From: Patescibacteria group bacterium
GTDB lineage: Bacteria; Patescibacteriota; Patescibacteriia; Patescibacteriales; UBA12465
Length of the DNA stretch: 50,561 nucleotides
Direction of reading: 5' to 3'
Assembly: GCA_038245255.1 (NCBI GenBank)
Contig: JBBRSQ010000003.1
Location: 1 to 50,561, forward strand
The position numbers and the translations under genes are program-made. Numbering within the stretch: position 1 is the first letter of the stretch; each line of letters begins with the position of its first letter. Below, piece after piece: positions 40,511-48,532 of this stretch. The notes beneath the pieces are model-generated. The model was not told the origin of the DNA. It did not search any database and saw only the letters and a program-made list of their open reading frames with translations.

Positions 40511-40564
40511 TGTTCATAAGATGTGGATAAAAGGCTTGACAAGTACATATACTTATGATATATT
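40511..40564 (+). promoter_or_regulatory. Two DnaA boxes followed by a near-consensus sigma70 promoter
   Basis: TGTTCATAA 40511 and TGTGGATAA 40522 (perfect box); TTGACA 40536-17 bp-TATATT 40559 with TG extension. Confidence 0.7.
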
Positions 40565-40570
40565 ACATAG

Positions 40571-40726
40571 TCAGCGTAAAAGTAATTTTAGTTGATATAA
40601 AAGACCGCTTTAAACGGGTCAGGCACGACAAGCATGGGGATTTTCTTGCTAGGGTTTTTCCGGCATCGCGCTCGAAAGTGCCTAGAAGAAATTTTCTTGC
40701 CTACCCGTTTAAGTCGGTCTTTTTTT
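40571..40726 (+). ncRNA. Candidate structured small RNA (about 155 nt), family unassigned
   Basis: Own promoter; 5' hairpin with GUAA tetraloop; long imperfect rod 40599-40723; G-U pairs favour the + strand; terminal U-tract. Confidence 0.6.
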
Positions 40727-40740
40727 GTATTTAGGGGTAA

Positions 40741-41478
40741 TTATTCAAATAGTCTATCTTTTCCAACAATAACATTTACCTTATCACGCATAATTCCGAT
40801 TTCGACTGGAGTATTAATTTCCAAAACACCATCAACAATTAATTTTTCTTGAGGATTGCTTATTTTTAATTTTTTTACAGTTATTATTGATTCGTCGTGT
40901 CGTCGAGCCTTGATTAAGATATCAAGTTTTCCATCGTGAGGATTTGATTTAACAGTTTCTTTTTGATCACTTAGAAGATTTATTATTTGCACTTCCCCTT
41001 TCTCGGTCATTTCTAAAGTGTAATCATCAATTTCTATTGTGGTGCCCTGGCTTTGGATTGAGGCTTGGTTAAGAAAATAATAACTACCAGCTAAACCCAA
41101 GTCTATTTTTTCAACTCGACGGGCTAGTAAAATATTACAAGCATCATCAATGTTTTTTATACCAAAAGTTGTGGCAATAGAGTTATCATCACCGATAGGA
41201 ATTAGACCAAGCAAAGTGTTTTTCTGGAAATCGCCATATATTTCGGTATCAATAATCGCTCCAATGATTTTATTAACTGTTTGATTATTGCCGACAGCGA
41301 TTATAGTTTTTGCGCCAAGTTTAATTTCGTTTTGAATTGTTCCTTTTATATTTTTAATTCCACCCAATCGTATAATTTTTCCATTCAGGCCCAGATCGGT
41401 AAGGCGAATTTCTAAACGATTAATTGCTCGGCTATGCTTAGTTTTGTTTAAATATTCATCGTAGATATAAACATGCAT
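40741..41478 (-). CDS. Diacylglycerol-kinase (YegS/DgkB)-fold protein with degenerate ATP motif
   Basis: IIAVGNNQTVNKI (cf. GGDGT), LGLIPIGDDNSIA, IDLG..YFLN, PHDGKLDI and IVDG. Confidence 0.8.
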   Translation of the reverse strand: MHVYIYDEYLNKTKHSRAINRLEIRLTDLGLNGKIIRLGGIKNIKGTIQNEIKLGAKTIIAVGNNQTVNKIIGAIIDTEIYGDFQKNTLLGLIPIGDDNSIATTFGIKNIDDACNILLARRVEKIDLGLAGSYYFLNQASIQSQGTTIEIDDYTLEMTEKGEVQIINLLSDQKETVKSNPHDGKLDILIKARRHDESIITVKKLKISNPQEKLIVDGVLEINTPVEIGIMRDKVNVIVGKDRLFE

Positions 41479-41503
41479 AGATTGATTTGCTGAATATGCA
41501 AAA

Positions 41504-41914
41504 TTATTTTTCCGTCTCGCTTATTTTTTCGTCAGACTTTCTAGTTTCTCGATGTCGATCACTTTCAGATAAGATTAATAATTGGCCGTTAATACTAGCG
41601 CCTTTTTCAACGGACAGTTCTTTATACTGTGTATCACCAAAAATTTTGGCTGTTCCCCCTAGAGCCAGATAGCCGTGAATTTTTAAGTTTCCGCGAACCT
41701 CGCCGTTAATATATGCGTCTTTTGATTCGATATTTGCCACTACCCTGGCACTTTCGCCGATAAAAAGATCAGCCTCAGTTTTAAGTGAGCCTTCAAGCAT
41801 CCCTTCAATTATAATATTCCCCTGTCCTTGAAAATTTCCCTTAACTTTAATTGAAGCACCGATTATAGTTTCGGCATCTTTAAATTTTTCTAGTTTATTT
41901 TCCTTATTAAACAT
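41504..41914 (-). CDS. Bactofilin (polymer-forming cytoskeletal protein)
   Basis: ETIIGASIKVKGNF..IEG-x-LEG..INGEVRGNL..LSVEKGASING beta-helix repeats. Confidence 0.94.
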   Translation of the reverse strand: MFNKENKLEKFKDAETIIGASIKVKGNFQGQGNIIIEGMLEGSLKTEADLFIGESARVVANIESKDAYINGEVRGNLKIHGYLALGGTAKIFGDTQYKELSVEKGASINGQLLILSESDRHRETRKSDEKISETEK

Positions 41915-41957
41915 AATTTTTAATAATAAGTAATTAAAGAGACATCATTATAGTTTT

Positions 41958-41986
41958 ATTTTAGGCTAATCTAGGCCACTTGTCAA
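41958..41986 (-). promoter_or_regulatory. Promoter of the bactofilin and DAGK-like genes
   Basis: TTGACA-17 bp-TAAAAT on the minus strand. Confidence 0.65.
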
Positions 41987-42063
41987 AGGATTTTTATTGA
42001 ATAATTTATCTGCTTAAGGTAGAATAAAATAGTCATAGCGGCGTCGTCTTTATCTAAATTTAC

Positions 42064-42135
42064 GTCTTCGTAGTTCAACGGATAGAACAAGAGCCTCCTA
42101 AGTTCTAGATCCAGGTTCAATTCCTGGCGAGGACA
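42064..42135 (+). tRNA. tRNA-Arg(CCT)
   Basis: Acceptor GTCTTCG/CGAGGAC; anticodon arm AGAGC-CTCCTAA-GTTCT. Confidence 0.94.
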
Positions 42136-42208
42136 CAATATTAGCTAATATTAAGTAATATTTTTAGTATATTGACAAATATGTAATATTATTGTGTTAT
42201 TAATACTA

Positions 42209-42236
42209 TTGACAGAGGCACGTATTTTGATATAAT
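42209..42236 (+). promoter_or_regulatory. Promoter for tRNA-Ala(GGC)
   Basis: TTGACA-16 bp-TATAAT with TG extension. Confidence 0.7.
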
Positions 42237-42264
42237 CTTAGGGTAGATTTTTCACTCAAAATAA

Positions 42265-42339
42265 TGTTCCTTGAGGAACATTTCGTTACAGCAGCAGTAT
42301 CAGTTATTAATAATTCATTCAATTGTTCTTCAAGGAACA
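42265..42339. repeat. Two 16-bp parS-like palindromes
   Basis: TGTTCCTTGAGGAACA (42265-42280) and TGTTCTTCAAGGAACA (42324-42339); the parS function is inferred only. Confidence 0.6.
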
Positions 42340-42345
42340 ATTTAT

Positions 42346-42419
42346 GGGCCATTAGCTCAGTTGGCTAGAGCGCTTCCATGGCATGGAAGAGGTCAAGGGT
42401 TCAAGTCCCTTATGGTCCA
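42346..42419 (+). tRNA. tRNA-Ala(GGC)
   Basis: G3-U70; anticodon arm CTTCC-ATGGCAT-GGAAG (A32-U38). Confidence 0.95.
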
Positions 42420-42542
42420 CAAATTAAAAGACCTTCTCTGCGAAGATCTTTTTTTATTGCTCAAAATATTTAATGCTATTCCAGTCATATTAAAAGATAT
42501 GTTATTAATGAGCGGAAAATAAAAAAGCCCAGATCTAATTAA

Positions 42543-43223
42543 TTAGAATCTGGGCTTAGGCTTAGATGCAATTTTTTTGACAACGACTAAGATAATGATT
42601 GCACTAACAACGGTTGCGCCGCTTGAAATCATAATGCCAAAATTGTTTATCCGTATGCCATAAATAAACCAGACAAGGGAACTCAGCATAACTGAATAAA
42701 TGAATTTTGGCTCAATATTGTTAATTTTCAAAGATTGTTTCAATTCTTTGAGCAAATTCCAATAAACTAGCAGGGCAATGATGAAAATAACGATCAACGA
42801 CCATTTAGCATCAATTAAAAGTACGCAGGGAATAATCAAAAGTAAAAGTGGCATAATTAAAAGTTCTCTTTTAAATTTGTTGCGGCTACTTGGCATAAAT
42901 TTAATTAATCCGACAATAACTGGAATAAACATAAAGAAAACTAGATTACTAACTATTAAGGCGCCGCTTTTAATTTTAATCCCGTAAATTAAGTAGGAAA
43001 TGAAGTAAATAAATTGAAAAAGAAAAAAGCTAAGCGGTAGCGCCTCGCCAGATTTATTTTTCCAAATTTTTTTATTTTGAGTTTGAATTCCCCAAATCTG
43101 GATTCCGGCCGAAAGACTCGCAATTAGAATGATAGCGGTTGTGACTGTCCAATGTCCGTGCTCTTGATAATCTAAATACTCAATCGTATTTTTAATGAAA
43201 TGCAATAAATTTTTAATGTACAT
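42543..43223 (-). CDS. Membrane protein with two PQ-loop/MtN3 (SemiSWEET-like) repeats
   Basis: Repeat 1 QNKKIWKNKSGEALP..YLIYG..SN; repeat 2 LKELKQS..IEP..WFIYG; AGGAGG ribosome-binding site. Confidence 0.65.
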   Translation of the reverse strand: MYIKNLLHFIKNTIEYLDYQEHGHWTVTTAIILIASLSAGIQIWGIQTQNKKIWKNKSGEALPLSFFLFQFIYFISYLIYGIKIKSGALIVSNLVFFMFIPVIVGLIKFMPSSRNKFKRELLIMPLLLLIIPCVLLIDAKWSLIVIFIIALLVYWNLLKELKQSLKINNIEPKFIYSVMLSSLVWFIYGIRINNFGIMISSGATVVSAIIILVVVKKIASKPKPRF

Positions 43224-43555
43224 TTTGCCTCCTTTTTTATATCTTAATTCTCTTCCAATAAGGATTAGAAGTCAAATGAAGCCAATAGGTAAATAGCCAC
43301 AGAAACTTTCTCAACAGTCAGGAAACAATAGTCTAGATTAATGTAGACTAAAACTAATAAATTGGCTAATATTAAATAAAATAATTAGCTTAGCAAACTG
43401 TGTACAAACTGTTAAAACAATACATTTTTATAGCTAATATTTAAATAATATCACGCACAATTTTTAAAAAATGTCACTGCAATATATTTGCTTTTAGGCA
43501 CTAAAAACTTTATAATTAATTCATATAATCTTAAGAATTCTAAAATAAATATTTT

Positions 43556-44494
43556 ATGTATGATCTAATTATTGTCGGCTCCGGACCAGCTGGAATGACG
43601 GCTGGTATTTATGCGGTCAGGCGAGAAATGAAAACCTTAATTATCGGAAAAGAAGTTGGCGGTCAACTTATTTGGGCTAGTGAAATTATCAATTATCCCG
43701 GATTTGAATCTATATCTAGCTCGGAACTAATCGATAGGTTTAAACAACAGACCCTAAAACTAGGCGTGGAAATGAAAGATGATGAGGTACAACATATTGA
43801 AAAGACTGACGAGGGTTCTTTTCGCGTGTTTACTAATCGCGAAACTTTTGAAGCTCGGGCTGTTATAACAGCTATTGGCTTATCTCCGCGCCGCCTTGCG
43901 GTTGAGGGGGAAATCGAATTCGGTGGTAAGGGCGTTTCTTATTGCGCAAACTGCGACGGACCATTCTTTAGAAATAAAAAAGTAGCGGTTATAGGCGGAG
44001 GTAATTCCGCGCTTGATGCGGCTGAAGTTTTATCAAAAATAGCTAGCCAAGTCTATTTAATCCACCGTAATGACAGCTTTAAGGGCTTTAACGCTTTAGT
44101 TACGGAAGTAGAGGAAAGGCCAAATATTGAAATTATTTACGACTCGCAGGTTAAAAGCATTAAGGGAAGTCAAAAAGTAGAAAGAATAATAGTTCTAAAT
44201 TCTCAGACAAACGTTGAGCGAGAAATAGAGCTCGATGGAGTTTTTATTGAAATTGGCAGACTAGCCAGCACAGATTTAGTGGGTGATTTAGTTGAACGAA
44301 ATGAAAAAAAACAGATTATAGTATCAAGTAAATGTGAAACAAAAACCCCAGGATTATATGCGGCCGGAGACGTGACTGAGGGCGAGTTTAAACAAGTCAC
44401 TATTGCTATTGGTCAGGCAACAACCGCCGCTTTAAGCGCTTATCAATATCTTCAAACGAAAGCCGGCAAAAAAATTGTAGTAAGGTACGACTAG
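43556..44494 (+). CDS. trxB: Thioredoxin-disulfide reductase
   Basis: IIVGSGPAGMTAGIY, GVSYCANCDG, VIGGGNSA and GLYAAGD. Confidence 0.95.
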   Translation: MYDLIIVGSGPAGMTAGIYAVRREMKTLIIGKEVGGQLIWASEIINYPGFESISSSELIDRFKQQTLKLGVEMKDDEVQHIEKTDEGSFRVFTNRETFEARAVITAIGLSPRRLAVEGEIEFGGKGVSYCANCDGPFFRNKKVAVIGGGNSALDAAEVLSKIASQVYLIHRNDSFKGFNALVTEVEERPNIEIIYDSQVKSIKGSQKVERIIVLNSQTNVEREIELDGVFIEIGRLASTDLVGDLVERNEKKQIIVSSKCETKTPGLYAAGDVTEGEFKQVTIAIGQATTAALSAYQYLQTKAGKKIVVRYD

Positions 44495-44545
44495 TTTCTG
44501 CTATAATATATATAGTTAGTAAGGAGTTTTTTGATACTATAATTT

Positions 44546-45823
44546 ATGCCAAATAAAAAAATTAATTTAGTAGCGGCCGACATGGGCTACGGTCATCAAC
44601 GAGCAGCGCAACCGCTACTTGATATCGCTGCCGATGGTATACTGACTATTAATAATTATTCTGGAATTCCTGAATGGGAAAAAAAATACTGGATTAATAG
44701 TTTACGTTCTTATGAGCGTATTTCGCGTTTTAAAAAAGTGCCGGTTATTGGCTCTTTTATTTTTCGGGTTATGGATAGCTTTCAAAAAATTAGTGACTTT
44801 TATCCCAGTCGAGATTTATCTAAACAATCTACTCAGCAAAAATTTTTTTATCGTTCAATTAAAGCCGGGCTCGGAAATCATTTAATTCAAAAATTAAATC
44901 CAAGTGGCTTGCCATATTTAACAACTTTTTTTGTAGCGGCTTATATCGCTGAATATCATAAATATAATGGCGATATCTATTGCTTGGTTTGCGATACTGA
45001 TGCTTCGCGCGCCTGGGCGCCCCTGGATCCGAAAAATAGTCGCACTAAATTTTTATTACCAAACGAAAAGGTTCGAGAGAGATTTTTAATGTACGGCGTC
45101 AAGCCGGAAAATATAATTGTAACTGGCTTTCCGTTACCAAAAGAAAATATCGGTGAAGAAAAAGAAATTCTTGAGAATGATTTAGCCCGGCGCGTAAAGA
45201 CACTTGACCCAAATGGCAAATATTATGAGCGCTATTCTTCTCTCTTAGAAAAAGTACTTCCGGTTTTACCAAAAGGCGAAAAGCAGGCTGTTACTCTAAC
45301 TTTTGCAGTTGGCGGCGCTGGAGCGCAAAAAGAGATTGGTGGCATAATTATAAAAAAATTATTAAAAACTTTAAAGGCAGGTGAAATTAAAATAAATTTA
45401 GTGGCTGGTAATAGATTAGATGTTAAAAATTATTTTACAAAACAACTAGAGTTAAATAATTTAGTTGAGGGAAGAGAAGTAAGCGTTATTTATGCACCGG
45501 AAAAACTAGATTATTTTAAAAAATTTAATTTGTGTTTAAAAGAGACTGATATTCTTTGGACGAAACCTTCGGAATTATCTTTTTTTTGTGCCTTAGGACT
45601 ACCAATTATTATGTCTGCGCCAGTTGGTTCGCAAGAGGATTTTAATCGTCAATGGTTGATGTCAGTCGGAGCTGGTGTTGATAGTCTTGATCCTGAATAT
45701 GTAGACGAATGGTTGCCGGATTTGCTTGAGTCGGGACGATTAGCTCGAGCCGCGATGGATGGATTTTTAAATGCCGAACAAATGGGCACCTATAATATTG
45801 AAAAAATTATTAACGATAATTAA
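44546..45823 (+). CDS. GT-B glycosyltransferase resembling UgtP/MGDG-synthase (GT28-like)
   Basis: MGYGHQRAA, VTGFPL, DILWTKPSEL and PVGSQEDFN; extended -10 TGCTATAAT at 44499-44507. Confidence 0.7.
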   Translation: MPNKKINLVAADMGYGHQRAAQPLLDIAADGILTINNYSGIPEWEKKYWINSLRSYERISRFKKVPVIGSFIFRVMDSFQKISDFYPSRDLSKQSTQQKFFYRSIKAGLGNHLIQKLNPSGLPYLTTFFVAAYIAEYHKYNGDIYCLVCDTDASRAWAPLDPKNSRTKFLLPNEKVRERFLMYGVKPENIIVTGFPLPKENIGEEKEILENDLARRVKTLDPNGKYYERYSSLLEKVLPVLPKGEKQAVTLTFAVGGAGAQKEIGGIIIKKLLKTLKAGEIKINLVAGNRLDVKNYFTKQLELNNLVEGREVSVIYAPEKLDYFKKFNLCLKETDILWTKPSELSFFCALGLPIIMSAPVGSQEDFNRQWLMSVGAGVDSLDPEYVDEWLPDLLESGRLARAAMDGFLNAEQMGTYNIEKIINDN

Positions 45824-45841
45824 GAGTTTATTTGATAAATT

Positions 45842-46780
45842 ATGTCTTGGATCGCAGTCGCATTGTTGGCTTATTTTTTTCTGGCTATAGCCAATCTTTT
45901 TGATAAATTTTTAGTGGACAATATAATTACAAATAGTAAGGCCTACGCTTTTATAGCTTGTTTGCTAGGTGGTCTTGCATTTTTAGCTGCGCCCTGGTTT
46001 TTAGAGTGGCCTGGTTATTATTGGTTCTTTTTTAATCTACTTAGTGGGGCGATATTTGCGATTGCTCTGTGGCTCCTTTATGAAGCTTTGCGCCGGGGTG
46101 AAGCGGCACAGACATTGGTATTTATCGGCGGCTTAACACCAGTTTTTTCAATTACTTTCTCGATTTTGTTTTTTAAGGAACGTTATTCACTAACAGAATG
46201 GATTGGAATCGTTGCCTTACTTTTAGGGATATTAATTGTCGCTCTTTTACCGCGACAGCGTCGTTTTTTAGCACGGGTAATAGCTAAATTAAAAATAAGA
46301 CAAGAAGTGCGCACTGGCTCTTTAATATTTGCCATTTTTTCTGCCCTTGCCTACGCAATTCATTTTGTGGCGACTAAACATGCTTATTCAGCACAGGCAT
46401 TTGGAAGTGTTTTTATGTGGAATCGCCTCGGGGCAGCCCTTTTCGTATTATTATTTCTAATAAGAAAAACTGATCGAAGAAAAATTCTTGATATATTTAA
46501 AAAACCGAAAAAAGGAAATAAAAATAAATATCTAGTAGTATTTAATCAGATATTAGGCTCACTAGGTTTTGTTTTACAAAACTATGCCATTTTTTTAGGA
46601 TCAGTTGCGCTTGTAAACGCTTTCCAGGGCATTCAATACGCATTTATTTTAATAGTTAGCTCGGTTCTAGCTGTTTTATCGCCAAAATTATTAAAAGAAA
46701 CATTTTCTGCGAAAGTTTTCTTACAGAAACTTGCAGCCATATTAATAATTGGCATTGGTTTATATTTTATTATGATTTAA
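45842..46780 (+). CDS. EamA/DMT family transporter
   Basis: About 10 TM segments; YEALRRGEAA..LTPVF..FFKER duplicated DMT pattern. Confidence 0.88.
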   Translation: MSWIAVALLAYFFLAIANLFDKFLVDNIITNSKAYAFIACLLGGLAFLAAPWFLEWPGYYWFFFNLLSGAIFAIALWLLYEALRRGEAAQTLVFIGGLTPVFSITFSILFFKERYSLTEWIGIVALLLGILIVALLPRQRRFLARVIAKLKIRQEVRTGSLIFAIFSALAYAIHFVATKHAYSAQAFGSVFMWNRLGAALFVLLFLIRKTDRRKILDIFKKPKKGNKNKYLVVFNQILGSLGFVLQNYAIFLGSVALVNAFQGIQYAFILIVSSVLAVLSPKLLKETFSAKVFLQKLAAILIIGIGLYFIMI

Positions 46781-46781
46781 T

Positions 46782-47825
46782 ATGTTGAAAAAAAATATCC
46801 AAAAAATTAAAGAAACAATTAGAAAGCTGAACATAAAAGTTTGGCCTCTTATTTTAATTTTGTTTATTTTTTTGATGATATATTCATTCAAGATGGCAAA
46901 TAATTTTCCAATTAAAAAGACTTTGGAATATAAACCAGATTTTTTTGGTGTAACCTTTTCGACTAAATTCTGCTCTGAACTTGGTCTTGACTGGAAAGAA
47001 GTTTATTTAGCAACCCTTGATGATTTGCAAGTTAAGGAAATCAGACTCCCGGTTTATTGGGATGAAATAGAAAAGACTCCTGGGGATTTTGATTTTTCTG
47101 ATTACGATTATATAATTTCAGAAGGCGCTAAAAGAGATGTAAAATTTATTGTAAATATTGGCTGGCGCTTACCACGTTGGCCAGAATGTCACGCGCCCGA
47201 GTGGGCAGGAAAAAAGAGTTTAGCGTCAACTCAAGCTCAGGCTTTAAAAATGCTTGGCGTGGTTGTTAATCATTATAAAAATGAGCCCGCGATTATTGCC
47301 TGGCAACTTGAAAATGAACCATTTTTTGATGCCTTCGGAGTCTGCCCGCCGAGCGATGAAAATTTCTTTAAAAAAGAATTAACGACTGTAAAAAATAATG
47401 ATAATCGCCCAGTGATGGTTTCAGCTACGGGAGAGTTAAGCGGCTGGCGTAAAGAGGCGAAGTATGGAGATTTGTTTGGTAGCACGCTTTACCGCGTCGT
47501 TTGGGGCAAATACACGGGATATTTTCGATACCCACTGCCGCCCTTCTTTTACCGTTTGAAAGCATTTTTAGCTGGTATTAAGCCTGAAAATCGCTATATA
47601 GTTGAACTGCAAGCTGAACCCTGGGTGCCTAATGGAAAAATGATATATTTAACAAAAAAAGAAGCCAACAAATCATTTAATCTTGATCAATTTAAGGCTA
47701 ATCTGCAGTATGCAATAAATGTAGATTTCAATAAAACATATCTTTGGGGAGTCGAGTGGTGGTATTATCAATATAAGACGGATGATAAAAGTTATTGGGA
47801 ATTAGCCCGAACATTATTTAAATAA
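46782..47825 (+). CDS. Membrane-anchored clan GH-A glycoside hydrolase (GH5/GH42-like)
   Basis: N-terminal TM; IRLPVYWDEIE..GDFDFSDYD; acid/base motif WQLENEP; second Glu in IVELQAEPW. Confidence 0.8.
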   Translation: MLKKNIQKIKETIRKLNIKVWPLILILFIFLMIYSFKMANNFPIKKTLEYKPDFFGVTFSTKFCSELGLDWKEVYLATLDDLQVKEIRLPVYWDEIEKTPGDFDFSDYDYIISEGAKRDVKFIVNIGWRLPRWPECHAPEWAGKKSLASTQAQALKMLGVVVNHYKNEPAIIAWQLENEPFFDAFGVCPPSDENFFKKELTTVKNNDNRPVMVSATGELSGWRKEAKYGDLFGSTLYRVVWGKYTGYFRYPLPPFFYRLKAFLAGIKPENRYIVELQAEPWVPNGKMIYLTKKEANKSFNLDQFKANLQYAINVDFNKTYLWGVEWWYYQYKTDDKSYWELARTLFK

Positions 47826-47827
47826 AT

Positions 47828-48532
47828 ATGGTTTCGATAATTATACCAACTCTTAATGAGGAGAAATATTTGCCTCAATTAATAAGCTCGATTAAAAAAC
47901 AAGCTTATTCGGATTATGAAATAATTATATCCGACGGCGGATCATCTGATAGCACAAAAAAAATAGCTCTTGAAAATAATTGTAAATTTATTTGCGACAC
48001 CAAGCATCGCCATCCCTCATGGCAGAGAAATAACGGTGCTAGTATCGCGAGTGGGGATATCTTTATTTTTTTTGATGCCGATACAATTTTACAGAATGAT
48101 TTTTTAGAAAAAATAATAAAAGAGTTTGAAAGCAGGCAGTTATGTGGGGCTGGCTTTTATATAAAGTTTAACCCTAATAAACCGAGCTATAACATTTATT
48201 CTTTTTTATATAACTTTTTCTGTTTCTTTAGACAGTATTTCGCTCCGGCTTCTATTGGTGCCGGCATTATTGCTCGCGCTGAGGAGCACAATCTTATAAA
48301 AGGATTTGATACGAGTTTATATTTTGCTGAAGATTACGATTACTGTTATCGGATTTCGCACCACGGTAAATTTAGAATGATAAAGTCATTTAAGTTATTA
48401 TATTCATCTCGCCGTTTAGAAAAAGAGGGAGGTATTAGCGTTGGTTTAAAATGGGGCTTTATGGCTCTCTATACGCTATTTAATTTCAGGATAAAAAAGA
48501 AAATTATAAAATATGATTTTGGAAAATATTAA
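47828..48532 (+). CDS. Glycosyltransferase family 2
   Basis: SIIIPTLNEE, DGGSSD, RNNGA, FFDAD, GFD..AEDYD and SSRR. Confidence 0.93.
   Translation: MVSIIIPTLNEEKYLPQLISSIKKQAYSDYEIIISDGGSSDSTKKIALENNCKFICDTKHRHPSWQRNNGASIASGDIFIFFDADTILQNDFLEKIIKEFESRQLCGAGFYIKFNPNKPSYNIYSFLYNFFCFFRQYFAPASIGAGIIARAEEHNLIKGFDTSLYFAEDYDYCYRISHHGKFRMIKSFKLLYSSRRLEKEGGISVGLKWGFMALYTLFNFRIKKKIIKYDFGKY

Noticed and set aside
40599-40723. SRP (4.5S) RNA or a simple terminator
   Set aside because: There is no CAGG..GGAA..AGCA helix-8 motif on either strand. It is much longer than a terminator needs to be and has a dedicated upstream promoter.
40634-40852. 72-aa ORF on the + strand
   Set aside because: It starts inside a long hairpin, runs through the U-tract and overlaps the convergent gene by more than 100 nt. 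A small peptide cannot be fully excluded.
42265-42339. LexA box or mini-CRISPR reading of the palindrome pair
   Set aside because: The spacing is TGTTC-N6-GAACA rather than N4, no SOS gene is adjacent, and there are only two copies in inverted orientation with no cas genes.
42271-42522. 83-aa ORF on the + strand
   Set aside because: TTG start, and it spans tRNA-Ala(GGC) and its terminator.
43224-43555. Riboswitch in the 330-nt spacer upstream of the SWEET-like gene
   Set aside because: Only weak AT-rich hairpins; no aptamer consensus that I could recognise.
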